From Vicinamibacteria bacterium (GTDB taxonomy: Bacteria; Acidobacteriota; Vicinamibacteria; Marinacidobacterales; Marinacidobacteraceae): DNA of 64,000 bases. The stretch is from contig OZ219816.1 of the NCBI GenBank assembly GCA_964291235.2, forward strand, positions 192,001 to 256,000, read 5' to 3'. The notes below the pieces were generated by a model. That model had not been told where the DNA came from. It searched no databases and worked only from the letters and a program-made list of their open reading frames with translations. Positions 38,700-49,228 of the stretch are shown here, in pieces (position 1 is the stretch's first letter; each line of letters begins with the position of its first letter). A program made the position numbers and the translations under genes.

Positions 38700-40106
38700 G
38701 TGAAAACAAGAACATCGGACAGAGGCGAGAATGGCGACCCGAGTGGCCATCGCGCCGCGCTTTTTCCGGCGCTTTCGGAAGGATCGAAGGAAAAGCGTGC
38801 CGTATCGATCCTACTCGCGTGCATGGAACAGGTGCCGGAATTCGCCAAGAGTCTGCTCCACGGGCAGGGGGTTCGATTCGGCAAGAAGAGCAGATTGCAG
38901 GCCTGGACTGAAGTCGGACCGGTCGGCAAGAAGGGTGGGGAGCGGCCGGACGGGAGAATAGAAGTCGAAAGCACACGCGGACAACGGTGGGTCGCCCTGC
39001 TTGAGGCAAAGATCGGCAAGGCCGTGCTGAATGACAGTCAGATCGCGGCCTATCTGGCCGAAAGCCGTTCCGTCCGCGCGAATGCGTTGATCACGATCTC
39101 AAACGAATTCGCAGTCCTCGCGAACCATCACCCGACGTACCGCGGAAAGACTCCCAAAGGCATCGCGCTGCTGCATTGGTCCTGGAGTTCAATCTTGACA
39201 AAGTGCCGTCTTCTGACGGACGGCGGCGAGATTGAGGATCGCGACCACCGCTGGGTCATCGCGCACCTAGTTCGGTTCCTCAGTCACCCGAGCACCGGCG
39301 TTGTCCGCTTCGACCGGATGCCGTCGAGCTGGAAGGAAACCGCCCGAGCAGTCTCCGCCGGCGCCGGAGTCAGGAAAGGCAGCGACGCAGCCCTGGAGGT
39401 CGCGGCGGGCTGGACCCAAGAAGCCCGGGACCTCGGACTGCAACTCACCCGTCTCCTTAAGCAGCCAGTACCCGTGAAGCTCAGCCGCCTGGAACGCGAA
39501 GATCCAAGGGCATTCATGAACCGGGTGTTGGACGGACTCTGCAACAACCAGGTGCTGGAGGTGGAATACCTGATTCCCGACGGTGTGTCAGGGCTTACCG
39601 TCCGGGCGGATCTCAGAGCTAAGACCCTCACGACCAGCATGACGGTGGGGGCCCCGGAAGACCGCAAGACCGCCAAGGCGCGTGTCAATTGGCTGCTGCG
39701 TCAACTCGTCAAGACAGAAGAAGAAGAGAGTGTCCACGTCAAAGCCGTCTACGGGCGAAGGGAGGACATCCAGCACTCACTGGCCGCGGTGCGGGAGAAC
39801 CCGGAGGCAATAACCAAGGATGATGTGAAGATTTGCCCGAGAAGGTTCGAGGTGAAACTGATCGGTGAACTCGGGCGAAAGATGGAGAGCCCAAAGTCCT
39901 TCATTCAGGCGCTCGAGAAACACGTCCCCGACTTCTACACGGAAGTGGGGCAGCACCTGCGACCTTGGGTGCCCAGCGCGCCAAGGGTCGCCTCTGAGCC
40001 CAAACAGGCTGCAGAGAAGCAGGGAGGGACTGAGGCTGCGACTTCGAAGCCCGAAGACACGGACACAGGAAGGGCTGGAATGGACGAGCAACAGCCTCAT
40101 CCCTAG
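38700..40106 (+). CDS. Hypothetical protein with PD-(D/E)XK-like motif
   Basis: RPDGRIEV...LLEAKIG; 468 aa. Confidence 0.7.
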   Translation: MKTRTSDRGENGDPSGHRAALFPALSEGSKEKRAVSILLACMEQVPEFAKSLLHGQGVRFGKKSRLQAWTEVGPVGKKGGERPDGRIEVESTRGQRWVALLEAKIGKAVLNDSQIAAYLAESRSVRANALITISNEFAVLANHHPTYRGKTPKGIALLHWSWSSILTKCRLLTDGGEIEDRDHRWVIAHLVRFLSHPSTGVVRFDRMPSSWKETARAVSAGAGVRKGSDAALEVAAGWTQEARDLGLQLTRLLKQPVPVKLSRLEREDPRAFMNRVLDGLCNNQVLEVEYLIPDGVSGLTVRADLRAKTLTTSMTVGAPEDRKTAKARVNWLLRQLVKTEEEESVHVKAVYGRREDIQHSLAAVRENPEAITKDDVKICPRRFEVKLIGELGRKMESPKSFIQALEKHVPDFYTEVGQHLRPWVPSAPRVASEPKQAAEKQGGTEAATSKPEDTDTGRAGMDEQQPHP

Positions 40107-40300
40107 TGGCGCTCGGACCAGTCCTGTTGGAGGCGTCGCCCAGAACGCCGAAAGGCTGGCAACCGGGCGATTTCGGGTCCTGCCGGTCCCGACGGCGGTA
40201 TCGCCCTCACCCCCAGTTTCGATGGACCCGATCCGGAGCTAACTCCCTAGCCTAAACAGTGGCAGACTTGGGGCTAGGCCAAGGTGAGCGCAGGCGATAG

Positions 40301-40663
40301 TCAGCCGATCTTATCGACCCGTCGCGTCTTCGGGTTCAACCTCCAACCGAAGTGTGTGAGTTTCACGTAGTCGTCCGCCCTGGCCTCTTCTCGTATCTTC
40401 TCTCGGACGACTACCACCAGACCCTTGTCTTCCAGTTCAGCCACTACGCGATGAGTCGTCTTGATTTCGATGCTTCCAGACAGGCACAGCAGCCTGCGGC
40501 CTTTGTCGGCCAATGTTGGTGAATCGATGAAGACGCCATTGTCCGTGGTGTCTGACTGCATCCGTTCGAGTACAGCCTTGGCACCGTCTGACAAGGGAAG
40601 TGGTCGAAACTTCCTCCAGAGGTAGTACAGAGCACGAAACGCCAGTCCAATCGCAGCGTCCAC
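40301..40663 (-). CDS. Hypothetical protein
   Basis: 120-aa ORF with GTG start; possible winged-helix-like tail. Confidence 0.5.
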   Translation of the reverse strand: MDAAIGLAFRALYYLWRKFRPLPLSDGAKAVLERMQSDTTDNGVFIDSPTLADKGRRLLCLSGSIEIKTTHRVVAELEDKGLVVVVREKIREEARADDYVKLTHFGWRLNPKTRRVDKIG

Positions 40664-41121
40664 TCTTCACTCCCCCCTTCCGAATTCCGAGGATTCTGAC
40701 TCCTCGCCCTTCTCGTCCTGGTCGGAGGGGGCGTCAGTGGGGGTGGCGGTCATTGGGGTGGTTTCGATGGGAGAAATCACATCACGCCAGAGTGACAGGA
40801 ACTGCCATCCCGGCCCAGCCGTCTGATTGCCGCCCATGATTGCAAAACCGGGAGCACCGTGGACGGCAGAGGCGTTGCCGGTTCGCGCCCTATCCAGCCC
40901 CACAGCTATACGCGCTCCGCGGCCCTGCGGACCGCAATCACCACGTTCCATCTGATTCCGTGCAGATCCGTTGTGTGCTCCTAAATCTGCACTATATCAA
41001 CGGCTTATCGTGCTACAATGTTCCATCCGAGGACGATCATAACCCGCTCGTTCCCGCCATTTATCTGATATCCACTTGGTAGTTGTAGGAACCGACAACC
41101 CTCCTCAGGAACGAAAAAGCC

Positions 41122-42300
41122 ATGATGGAACGACCTTACCGACTCTCCGCACGCTTCGTCGCCACCATTGAGCAGCCCGGACGCTACGGCGACGGCCGCG
41201 GCTCCGGCGGCCTCTCACTCCTCGTCAAGCATACGACCCGAGGGCACCTGGCCAAGTCCTGGGCGCAGCGCATCAGCGTGGACGGCCGCCAGCGCAATCT
41301 CGGACTGGGGTCCTGGCCCCACGTCAGCTTGGCCGAGGCCCGCGAGAAGTGCGCCCTGAATCTCGCCGCCCGGCGGCGCGGGGAGCTGGTGACCGGCCGC
41401 AAGCGGACGGTCCCCACCTTCGAGGAAGCCGTCGAGAAGGTGATCGCGGTGCACCGGGCAGGCTGGAAGGACGGCGGGAGGCAGGAGAAGCTGGTGCGGG
41501 CGAGCCTCCGGGACCACGCCATGCCGAAGCTCGGCGGGAGGCCGGTGGACCGGATCAACACGTCGGACGTGATGGCGGTGCTGCTGCCCATCTGGAATGA
41601 GAAGCGGGTGACGGCGCGTCGCGTTCGCCAGCGGATCGGGGCGGTGATGCGGTGGGCGGTGGCGCAGGGCTACCGGGAGGACAACCCGGCGGGGGAGGCC
41701 ATCGGGGCGGCGCTGCCCAGGAATGGCTTCCGGCCGCAGCACCACCGGGCGCTCCCGTACGCGGAGGTTGCCGGTGCCATCGAGAAGGTGCGGGGATCGG
41801 GGGCCTATCCCGCGACCGTGTTGGCGTTCGAGTTCCTGGTGCTGACGGCGTGCCGGAGCGGGGAGGTGCGCGGCGCGCTGTGGGAGGAGATGGACCTTGA
41901 GCGGCAGGAGTGGCGGATTCCGCCGGAGCGGATGAAGACAGGACGGGAGCACCGGGTTCCGCTGTCCGGGCGGGCGCTGGCGGTGGTTCGGGAGGCGCGG
42001 AGACTCGCGGACGGCTCGGGACTGGTGTTCCCATCGGCGCGTGGCGGCCCGCTGTCCGAGGTGGCGATCCCGAAGATGGTCCGGGATCTGGAGATCGCGG
42101 CGGTGCCTCACGGGTTCCGGTCGAGCTTCCGTGACTGGGCGGCGGAGTGTTCCGACGCCCCGCGGGAGGTTTGCGAACTGGCGCTGGCGCACGTGAACAC
42201 GAACAGCATCGAGGCGGCCTACCGGCGGACCGACATGTTCGAGCGGCGGCGGTCGCTCATGGAGCAGTGGTCCGCGTTCCTGGCCGGGACGAGTTGCTAG
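41122..42300 (+). CDS. Tyrosine integrase, P4-like with Arm DNA-binding domain
   Basis: GLSLLV..LG.WP.VSLAEAR; LTACRSGE, MKTGREH, HGFRSSFRDW, LAH, AY.R catalytic set. Confidence 0.95.
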   Translation: MMERPYRLSARFVATIEQPGRYGDGRGSGGLSLLVKHTTRGHLAKSWAQRISVDGRQRNLGLGSWPHVSLAEAREKCALNLAARRRGELVTGRKRTVPTFEEAVEKVIAVHRAGWKDGGRQEKLVRASLRDHAMPKLGGRPVDRINTSDVMAVLLPIWNEKRVTARRVRQRIGAVMRWAVAQGYREDNPAGEAIGAALPRNGFRPQHHRALPYAEVAGAIEKVRGSGAYPATVLAFEFLVLTACRSGEVRGALWEEMDLERQEWRIPPERMKTGREHRVPLSGRALAVVREARRLADGSGLVFPSARGGPLSEVAIPKMVRDLEIAAVPHGFRSSFRDWAAECSDAPREVCELALAHVNTNSIEAAYRRTDMFERRRSLMEQWSAFLAGTSC

Positions 42301-42343
42301 CATCTGATCGGCAGGAGCCATTCGACGGAGGCGGGAACCAGAC

Positions 42344-42625
42344 GTGATGCCTGACCCTGGAGGGTCGCCGATACCGGGATGGAGAATCACCGCCATCATC
42401 AGACGAACGGCGGAGGGTGCTGTCCGGGTCGTCGATATCAGCCCCAAGGGCTTCCTCCGCAGGGAGCACGTGGGGAAGTCCTACGCCGACGAGGACGTTG
42501 CAAGGTCAGCGATTTCGGAATCGTTCCGCGCGTGGTCGGGGAACACTGCTCTACCTGTCAGCGTCGCGATCGTATACAACCATGAACGGCCCGATCCGAG
42601 TGTGGCTGTGACCCGCGACGACTAA
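42344..42625 (+). CDS. Hypothetical protein
   Basis: 93-aa ORF after GGAGG-like RBS. Confidence 0.4.
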   Translation: MMPDPGGSPIPGWRITAIIRRTAEGAVRVVDISPKGFLRREHVGKSYADEDVARSAISESFRAWSGNTALPVSVAIVYNHERPDPSVAVTRDD

Positions 42626-43505
42626 CCCGCGCTGGAAGAGGAAGCGAATCCGCGGAGGCAACCAGTGCGGTGACTGCACCCGACGAGCGCTGGACGGAGC
42701 CGATTGCGTTGGCCCGCGTCAGGGGCGGGCGCTGGAGGGGATGGCCTGGGGCAAAGGGAACGGCGGACGAGGCGCGGCGGATCGGGCGGGCGAACCAGAT
42801 CGAGGAGGCGGCGGGGCGATCCCGCCGGGCTGATACGGAGTGGTGCCATCGCTCCCCGCTGGCCGCTCCCCCAACCCTTCTGCATGACGCAGCGAAGCGG
42901 CGGTGGACCGTGCGGGCCCGAGTAGCGCGCCGGGCCGTTCCGGCTGTCACGTGATCGGCAGACGGCGCCGCGGTCCGAGGTCGCCGCCACCCCTGGGGAG
43001 GACGCTGTGGTTCCTCCTCCGTGTTGTCATCAAGTACATCGTGATCAATGTTGGCCTCGGGCTCCGCTGGCTGTGGCGGGAGTTTCTGAAGAACCGTGAC
43101 CGTTGGTAGTCCCCGAAAGAGCCGGAAGGCTGCGAGCGCCGGACACGACGCATGGAGGCGCTGAGTACCTGAACTGAGCACGTGGCTCCCCTGGGCTGCG
43201 TTCGGCGCGGTCGCCGCAATCAATGGGTACTTCCTGGTGATGTTCGCGGTGGGCTACGTGCAGTCACTTCGGCGCCGTCGCTGATGAAGCGCCATCGTCC
43301 GCTCTGTGGCGTCGGGCGACGCGCGGGTGTCCGCGCCACGAAGTGGCGTTGCGGCGGCTCACGGAGGCGATGTCTTCCGCGAAGCTGCTCCCGCCGCCGC
43401 TCTGCATCGATCTGTTCCGGGAGTCGCGGCCGTGGTTGCCGAGCAGACGGCGAGGCGACGCTGCCCGAACACCCGTGGGTCGTCGGCTAACATGCGGCCG
43501 GCACG

Positions 43506-43781
43506 GTGAAGGCCAACCTCGTCCATCGGGCGATGGAGGCGACGACTCTGGAGTCTCCCGCCGCGCAGGACGCCGTGGAGGCGCTGTTCGAATCCGTTGC
43601 TTCCGCGCTCGTGCGCGGTGACCGCGTGGTGCTTCGGCGGTTCGGGGTTTTCCACACGCGCCCCCGCAAGACGGGGAAGGCGCGGAATCCACGCACCGGC
43701 GAGCCGGCGGGAATTCCCCCGGGACGCGTCGTGCGTTTCCGTCCCGCGCCGGGTCGGCGGCACTCGCCCGGCGATGGTTGA
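43506..43781 (+). CDS. HU/IHF family DNA-binding protein
   Basis: V.LRRFGVF..RPRK...ARNPRTGE...IP...VVRF. Confidence 0.85.
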   Translation: MKANLVHRAMEATTLESPAAQDAVEALFESVASALVRGDRVVLRRFGVFHTRPRKTGKARNPRTGEPAGIPPGRVVRFRPAPGRRHSPGDG

Positions 43782-43944
43782 GGGAGCGCGGCTCCCCGGA
43801 TAAACGGCCGGAGGGCCGTTCGTTTGCGGCCTATCGCCCGATAGGCTGGTAACGCTCGTCGGGAGACTCGCGCCACCGTTCGGGGCCTCAGCGGAGGCAC
43901 CCGAGATGACCACCAGAGCGCCAGAGCCGGCAGGCCACTTGAGG

Positions 43945-43977
43945 GTAGGCCAGCCTACACAGTGTGCCCACACTGTG
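43945..43977 (-). other. Putative ColE1-type oriT/nic site
   Basis: Minus strand GTGTAGGCTGGCCTA resembles ColE1 GTGTATACTGGCTTA; adjacent IR CACAGTGTG/CACACTGTG; upstream of mobC. Confidence 0.6.
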
Positions 43978-44086
43978 CTCTGGCGAGGGGATGCTGCGCC
44001 CCCCTTCGAACCCCCGGCATCCGCCGCTGCGGGAGCAGCGGGCGGACGGGGGACGCCGTCCCCCGAACCCCCTGGCCGGTGCGCTC

Positions 44087-44425
44087 ATGGCTGAGCGCCG
44101 CTCGGTGGAGGTCCACCTCCGCGTGTCGCCGGCCGAGCGCGCCGCCTGGAAGGCCAAGGCGGCGGCGGCCGGCCTGTCGCTCTCCGCGCTGCTGCGGCAG
44201 GCGATGGCGCGGACGCAGAGCTGGACCGCGCCGGCAATGGCCGTCGAGCGCGAGCGCAGCCGCCAGATCGCGCGCATCGGCAACAACCTCAACCAGCTCG
44301 CGCGCTGGGCGAACACCCACGCCTCCCCCATCGAGGCGGTCCGGGTGACCGACCGGCTGAGGGCGGTCGAGCGGGCGCTGCGCGCCCTGGCCGTGCCTGG
44401 CCGAGAGGACGGCGGTGCACATTAA
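44087..44425 (+). CDS. mobC: MobC/MbeC relaxosome accessory protein
   Basis: RHH N-terminus; IARIGNNLNQLAR. Confidence 0.9.
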   Translation: MAERRSVEVHLRVSPAERAAWKAKAAAAGLSLSALLRQAMARTQSWTAPAMAVERERSRQIARIGNNLNQLARWANTHASPIEAVRVTDRLRAVERALRALAVPGREDGGAH

Positions 44426-45977
44426 GTTCCTCCGTCACGGCGGCGGCTCGGCCCGGGCGGCGGCCGACTATCTCGTCGGCGAACGGGACTCCGCCGGACG
44501 GGTGCGTCCGGGCGTCGAGGTTCTGCGCGGTGAACCGGACCACGTTGCCGCGGTCGCCGACTCGCTGGAGTTCGGCCGCGGGTACACCTCCGCCGTGATC
44601 TCGTGGGCGCCGGAGGACCGGCCCACCGACGAGCAGATCGGGGCCGTCCTCGACGAGTTCGAGAAGACGGCCTGGGCGGGACTGGAGCCGGACCGCTACG
44701 CCTGGACGGCGGTCCTGCACCGCGAGCACGGGGACGGGGTCCACGTGCACGTCCTCACCGCCCGCTGCGACCTGGAGACAGGCCGCAGCCTGAACATCGC
44801 GCCGCCCGGCTGGCAGAAGACGTTCGATCCACTGCGCGACGCCTTCAACCACCAGCACGGCTGGAGCCGCCCCGACGACCCGGCGCGCGCCCGGGCGCAC
44901 CAGCCCGGCCATCGCGCCTACATCGAGGCGGCGAAGCTGCGGGCCGGCCTCGAGCACGAAGCCGGCCCTCGCGAGTTGATCCGTGACTACCTGCTGCAGC
45001 GGGTCGAGCACGGCGCGGTGCGGAACCGCGCCGACGTGGTCGCCTCCCTGAAGGAGGCCGGCTTCGAGGTGCCCCGCCAGGGCAAGGACTACCTGACCGC
45101 CCGCGATCCGGACAGCGGGACGCGGTTCCGGCTGAAAGGAGCGCTGTATGAGCACAACTTCGAACCCGAACGACTTGAGCGCCCGCGTGAAGAGCCGGAT
45201 GGAAGCCGACCGCCGGCAGATCGAGGCGGCGACGACGAGCGAGGTGCGGCAGCTTGGCGCGAACTTGCGCGCCGTCGTGAGCGACGAGCTGCGTACCATC
45301 GAAGCCGATACGGGGGCGACGGTCGCACGGGTGCGGTGGATGCTGGTGAACGCGTGGCTGCGGCCCCTGGTGGCCGGCCTGGTCCTATTCCTCGGGATCA
45401 GTGGCGGGAGCTGGGGGCTGATGCAATGGCTGTCGGTGAGCATCCAGAGCCAGATCGAAACCCTGGCGGTGCTGGAAGTGCGGATCGACCAGGCGCGCGA
45501 GACGCTGGCCGAAATCGAGGACACGACGTGGGGGGTGACGCTGCGGGAGCTCGACGGGGAGCGGTTCGTGGTGCTGGCGGACGGGACGCTGGCCAATCCG
45601 CACTGGACCGTGGGCGGGCGGCCTGCCTTGAAGCTCTTGAGCGAGTGAGGGAGTTGTATGAGCGAGCTAGAGGGACAGTCGACAGTCGCCTTCGAGAGGC
45701 TGTGCGCGCATTTCGAGCTGGGGCAGCGGCGGCAAGCCGAGCAGATCGAGGCCTTGCAGCAGCAAGTCGAGCGGCTGAGCGCGGAGAACGAAGCCTTGCG
45801 GCAGCGAACCGAGCGGCAGGACGCCGAGAGCGCAATCTGGCGGCAGCAGTTCGAGCGGCTCGACGGGCAGGTGACCGGCTTGGCCCAGGACTACAGGAGG
45901 CTCGCCGGGACGTTGCGCGGGCAGTGGAGGTGATGCGGCGGCGCGGACGTACGCGGGATCATGGTCTGGGCCGCTGA
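44415..45977 (+). CDS. mobA: MOBP relaxase (MbeA-like)
   Basis: AADYL, YTSAVISWA, LHREHGDGVHVH, GRSLNIAPPG. Confidence 0.88.
   Translation: MHIKFLRHGGGSARAAADYLVGERDSAGRVRPGVEVLRGEPDHVAAVADSLEFGRGYTSAVISWAPEDRPTDEQIGAVLDEFEKTAWAGLEPDRYAWTAVLHREHGDGVHVHVLTARCDLETGRSLNIAPPGWQKTFDPLRDAFNHQHGWSRPDDPARARAHQPGHRAYIEAAKLRAGLEHEAGPRELIRDYLLQRVEHGAVRNRADVVASLKEAGFEVPRQGKDYLTARDPDSGTRFRLKGALYEHNFEPERLERPREEPDGSRPPADRGGDDERGAAAWRELARRRERRAAYHRSRYGGDGRTGAVDAGERVAAAPGGRPGPIPRDQWRELGADAMAVGEHPEPDRNPGGAGSADRPGARDAGRNRGHDVGGDAAGARRGAVRGAGGRDAGQSALDRGRAACLEALERVRELYERARGTVDSRLREAVRAFRAGAAAASRADRGLAAASRAAERGERSLAAANRAAGRRERNLAAAVRAARRAGDRLGPGLQEARRDVARAVEVMRRRGRTRDHGLGR
45148..45648 (+). CDS. MbeB-like protein nested in the relaxase gene
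   Basis: Alternate frame inside mobA; coiled N-terminus plus central TM, as in ColE1 mbeB; AAGGAG upstream. Confidence 0.6.
   Translation: MSTTSNPNDLSARVKSRMEADRRQIEAATTSEVRQLGANLRAVVSDELRTIEADTGATVARVRWMLVNAWLRPLVAGLVLFLGISGGSWGLMQWLSVSIQSQIETLAVLEVRIDQARETLAEIEDTTWGVTLRELDGERFVVLADGTLANPHWTVGGRPALKLLSE
45658..45933 (+). CDS. MbeD/MobD-like coiled-coil protein nested in the relaxase gene
   Basis: MSELE...AFERL; GGGAG RBS; ColE1 mbeD position. Confidence 0.65.
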   Translation: MSELEGQSTVAFERLCAHFELGQRRQAEQIEALQQQVERLSAENEALRQRTERQDAESAIWRQQFERLDGQVTGLAQDYRRLAGTLRGQWR

Positions 45978-46338
45978 CGCTTGTTGACGGCTTTGACCAG
46001 TACGGGGGATTCCTGCGCTGGACTTGGCAGGCGTGATCCTGTATGGGACACTAGGATGTGGCTGTAGTGGCCGATGTCTCAATCAGGAATAGCAGGGCAG
46101 CGTCGGGCTTGTTGCCGACCGCACTTCGATGGGGCAATCCTGCCGGGAACGGCGTTGCGGGTGACGCGAGAAATGGGGTGACGGGATTCGGCGCGCGGGG
46201 ACGCGATGCTTCTGTTCTTGCCAGTCTTGGCAGTCTGTTGAACAGAGGAACTCCATCATGCCCCAAAGATCGCTCTTCCAGGCGGGGTGTCACACTGACC
46301 ATCCATCGGTTTGGGCACCAATTCTCGCGGGTAGGGCG

Positions 46339-47418
46339 ATGACGCCTGTGCACACTCCCGAACGGGGCGCCTTCACGTTCGCCGACCTGTTCGCCGGCAT
46401 CGGAGGGATGCGCCTCGGCTTCGAGACGATTGGGGGCCGCTGTGTCTTCACTTCCGAGTGGAACCGCTTCTCGCGGGAAACCTATGCCGCTAACCATGTC
46501 TGCGACCATCCGATCGAGGGAGACATCCGCCTAGTTGCAGAGGCGGACATCCCCGCCCACGATGTGCTGATCGCAGGATTCCCGTGCCAGCCATTCTCCA
46601 TCGCAGGGGTCTCAAAGAAGAACGCCTTGAACCGACCGCATGGCTTCCGGTGCGAGGTCCAAGGAACGCTGTTCTTCGACATCGCCCGGATCATCCGAGA
46701 ACATGCCCCGCAGGCGTTCCTGCTGGAGAATGTCCGAAATCTACTCAGCCACGATGGGGGCCGAACGTTCGCCATCATCTGCCAGACCCTCAAGGAGGAT
46801 CTTGGCTACCAGATCGACTACCGGGTCATCGACGCCCGCTCCTTCGTTCCACAGCACCGGGAGCGCGTTTTCATTGTCGGGTTTCGCGAACGGGTGCCGT
46901 TTTCCTTCTCGGATCTCTCCCTTCCGAGTCCCCACGATGGGCCCCGGCTTAGGACTGTCCTGCACCCGGGAGACGGAACCGAACTCCCGGAGCCACCGTA
47001 TACCGTGGGGGAGAGGGCCACAGTTTCACCCAAGTACACCCTGAGTGAGCATCTGTGGACGTACCTGCAGGGCTACGCCGAAAAACACCGGCGCCAAGGA
47101 AACGGGTTCGGTTTCGGACTCGTCGGCGGCGACGATGTGAGTCGAACGCTGTCGGCCCGCTATTACAAGGACGGTTCCGAGATCTTGGTCCGCCGTAAGG
47201 GCCACGGGCGGCCCCGTCGCCTAACCCCGAGAGAGTGTGCGCGGCTGATGGGATTGGACCGGCCCGGCCGCGACCCGTTCGAGATTCCCGTGTCCGACAC
47301 ACAGGCCTATCGGCAGTTCGGAAACGCGGTCGTCGTTCCAGTGGTTGAAGCCGTCGCCAACCACATGGAGCCGTGGATCAAGAAAGAGCAGAAAGACCTT
47401 AGACAGCGTGTCGCCTGA
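46339..47418 (+). CDS. dcm: DNA (cytosine-5) methyltransferase, Dcm/M.EcoRII-like
   Basis: [46 protein letters not shown]. Confidence 0.95.
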   Translation: MTPVHTPERGAFTFADLFAGIGGMRLGFETIGGRCVFTSEWNRFSRETYAANHVCDHPIEGDIRLVAEADIPAHDVLIAGFPCQPFSIAGVSKKNALNRPHGFRCEVQGTLFFDIARIIREHAPQAFLLENVRNLLSHDGGRTFAIICQTLKEDLGYQIDYRVIDARSFVPQHRERVFIVGFRERVPFSFSDLSLPSPHDGPRLRTVLHPGDGTELPEPPYTVGERATVSPKYTLSEHLWTYLQGYAEKHRRQGNGFGFGLVGGDDVSRTLSARYYKDGSEILVRRKGHGRPRRLTPRECARLMGLDRPGRDPFEIPVSDTQAYRQFGNAVVVPVVEAVANHMEPWIKKEQKDLRQRVA

Positions 47419-47866
47419 CATAGTTGATCCGAAGACCCGCAGCCGGATGATGGCGGGCATCAGAGCCAAGGACACCAAGTTCGAAGTCCGCCTACGCAAG
47501 GCCCTGTTCGCGCGAGGATTTCGGTACCGCCTCCATGCCAGACACCTGCCGGGCAAACCTGACATCGTCCTCTCGCGATACCGTGCGGTCGTCTTTTGCC
47601 ACGGCTGTTTCTGGCATGGCCATGACTGCGACCTCTTCCGGCTTCCGGGAACTCGGACCGACTGGTGGCGAGCCAAAATCGAGAGGAATCGGGTGCGCGA
47701 TCGGGAGGTCGAGGGTGATCTCCGCGCAAGCGGTTGGCGGCAAGCCAACGTGTGGGAGTGTGCCGTCAGGGGCCGGGGTCGCCGCACCGTGGAGGATGTA
47801 GCGATCGAAGTCGGCGCGTGGCTGGTGGAAGACAGCCGGTTGGCGCACTTCCGGGCGCAACGCTGA
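47408..47866 (+). CDS. vsr: Very short patch repair endonuclease
   Basis: [30 protein letters not shown]. Confidence 0.93.
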   Translation: MSPDIVDPKTRSRMMAGIRAKDTKFEVRLRKALFARGFRYRLHARHLPGKPDIVLSRYRAVVFCHGCFWHGHDCDLFRLPGTRTDWWRAKIERNRVRDREVEGDLRASGWRQANVWECAVRGRGRRTVEDVAIEVGAWLVEDSRLAHFRAQR

Positions 47867-47868
47867 GG

Positions 47869-49083
47869 ATGTCGATTGCGGCATTTGACCGCTGGGTAGA
47901 GGCGGTGCGGCTCTGCTCGGCACTCGTATACGCCAAGCGGCTCGCCGCAAATGACACACTCGCGACGGGTGCACATCAGGCGGGGCCGTATATCCCCAAG
48001 GATTTTCTGTTCCTGGTACTTCCCGAGATACACCGCCCTGATCGAGGGAATCCAGACATTAGGTTTCCTCTTCGGATCGAGTCTCATGGCGGAGACACCG
48101 CTCAGGTTCGGGCGATCTGGTACAACAACCGATTACGCGGGAAGACCCGTGACGAGGCTCGCATCACCAACTTTGGTGGTGCTGAGTCTCCTCTCTTGGA
48201 TCCTGCGAACACTGCCGCGTTGACATTGTTCGCGTTTACCCGACGGGACACCGGTCCAGCTTGCCAAGTCTGGATATGTACGACTCTTGCGGAGGAAGAA
48301 CACGCCGAGAGTTATGTCGGTCCTGTTGAACCCGGCGCTGGAGTTGTCTGGGAGCCCTCTACAGGCAATGTCGTGCCGCAGACGCCAGCGCGAGTACGCC
48401 CGAGCTGTCGCCTGTCAGCGGATCAGATTCCCAGCGAATGGCTTCGGGATTTCCCGAGCGGCGCTGAGATTATCCGAAAAACCTTGGACCTCCTGCCCGT
48501 AGGTTCCGCGTCTCCCGATGATCGCTTGCTACGTCGCCGCGATTGCGAGTATGAGGTCTTTCTCAGTGTTGAGGAGGCTGTGGTGCTACCGACAGTGAAG
48601 GAGGGATTTGCGACGATGGAAGCCTTCCTCGCGCGGGCACAATCCGTGCTGCAACGCCGCAAATCGCGTTCCGGCCGCTCCCTGGAACTGCATGTGAAGG
48701 AAATCCTCACTGAGGAAGGTTTGGTCGAGGGCCGGGATTTTCAGCACAACGTGGAGTCCGACCCAGGCCGCCGACCTGATTTTCTGTTTCCTTCGCAGGC
48801 AGCATATCGTGACTACAACTTCCCAACGGATCGATTAGCCATGCTCGCCACGAAGACCACCTGTAGAGACCGGTGGCGGCAGGTGTGCAATGAAGCAGAT
48901 CGGATAGAGCAGAAACACCTCTTGACTCTGCAAGAGGGTGTAACTCGGGATCAGCACGACGAAATGCGAGCGTCAGGTATCCGACTGGTCGTCCCAAGAT
49001 CCCTACATTCGAGGTTTCCGGAGTCCGTACGGGAAGACGTCATCACGCTTGGAGAGTTCCTGCGGAGTCTGACTGTTGAGTAA
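47869..49083 (+). CDS. EcoRII-like type II restriction endonuclease
   Basis: KRLAANDT.ATGAHQAG effector domain; RRKSRSGRSLE, PDFLFP, KTTCRDRWRQ, LTLQEG. Confidence 0.9.
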   Translation: MSIAAFDRWVEAVRLCSALVYAKRLAANDTLATGAHQAGPYIPKDFLFLVLPEIHRPDRGNPDIRFPLRIESHGGDTAQVRAIWYNNRLRGKTRDEARITNFGGAESPLLDPANTAALTLFAFTRRDTGPACQVWICTTLAEEEHAESYVGPVEPGAGVVWEPSTGNVVPQTPARVRPSCRLSADQIPSEWLRDFPSGAEIIRKTLDLLPVGSASPDDRLLRRRDCEYEVFLSVEEAVVLPTVKEGFATMEAFLARAQSVLQRRKSRSGRSLELHVKEILTEEGLVEGRDFQHNVESDPGRRPDFLFPSQAAYRDYNFPTDRLAMLATKTTCRDRWRQVCNEADRIEQKHLLTLQEGVTRDQHDEMRASGIRLVVPRSLHSRFPESVREDVITLGEFLRSLTVE

Positions 49084-49228
49084 GCCAGCGGCATGCCCGC
49101 GCAATTGACATCCGTCGCAGAGCGCCGTTGATGGCCACACCGGTCTGCTCGCGGCCGCGGTGGTCCCAAAGGCAGAAGGGGAGGTCGGCGACTCAAGGGT
49201 TCCTTCGGTTCCCCTCGCATCCTCGCAT

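Noticed and set aside
42626-43505. Small ORFs between the integrase and HU
   Set aside because: Short hydrophobic fragments interrupted by stops; no supportable call, and no excisionase or rep recognised
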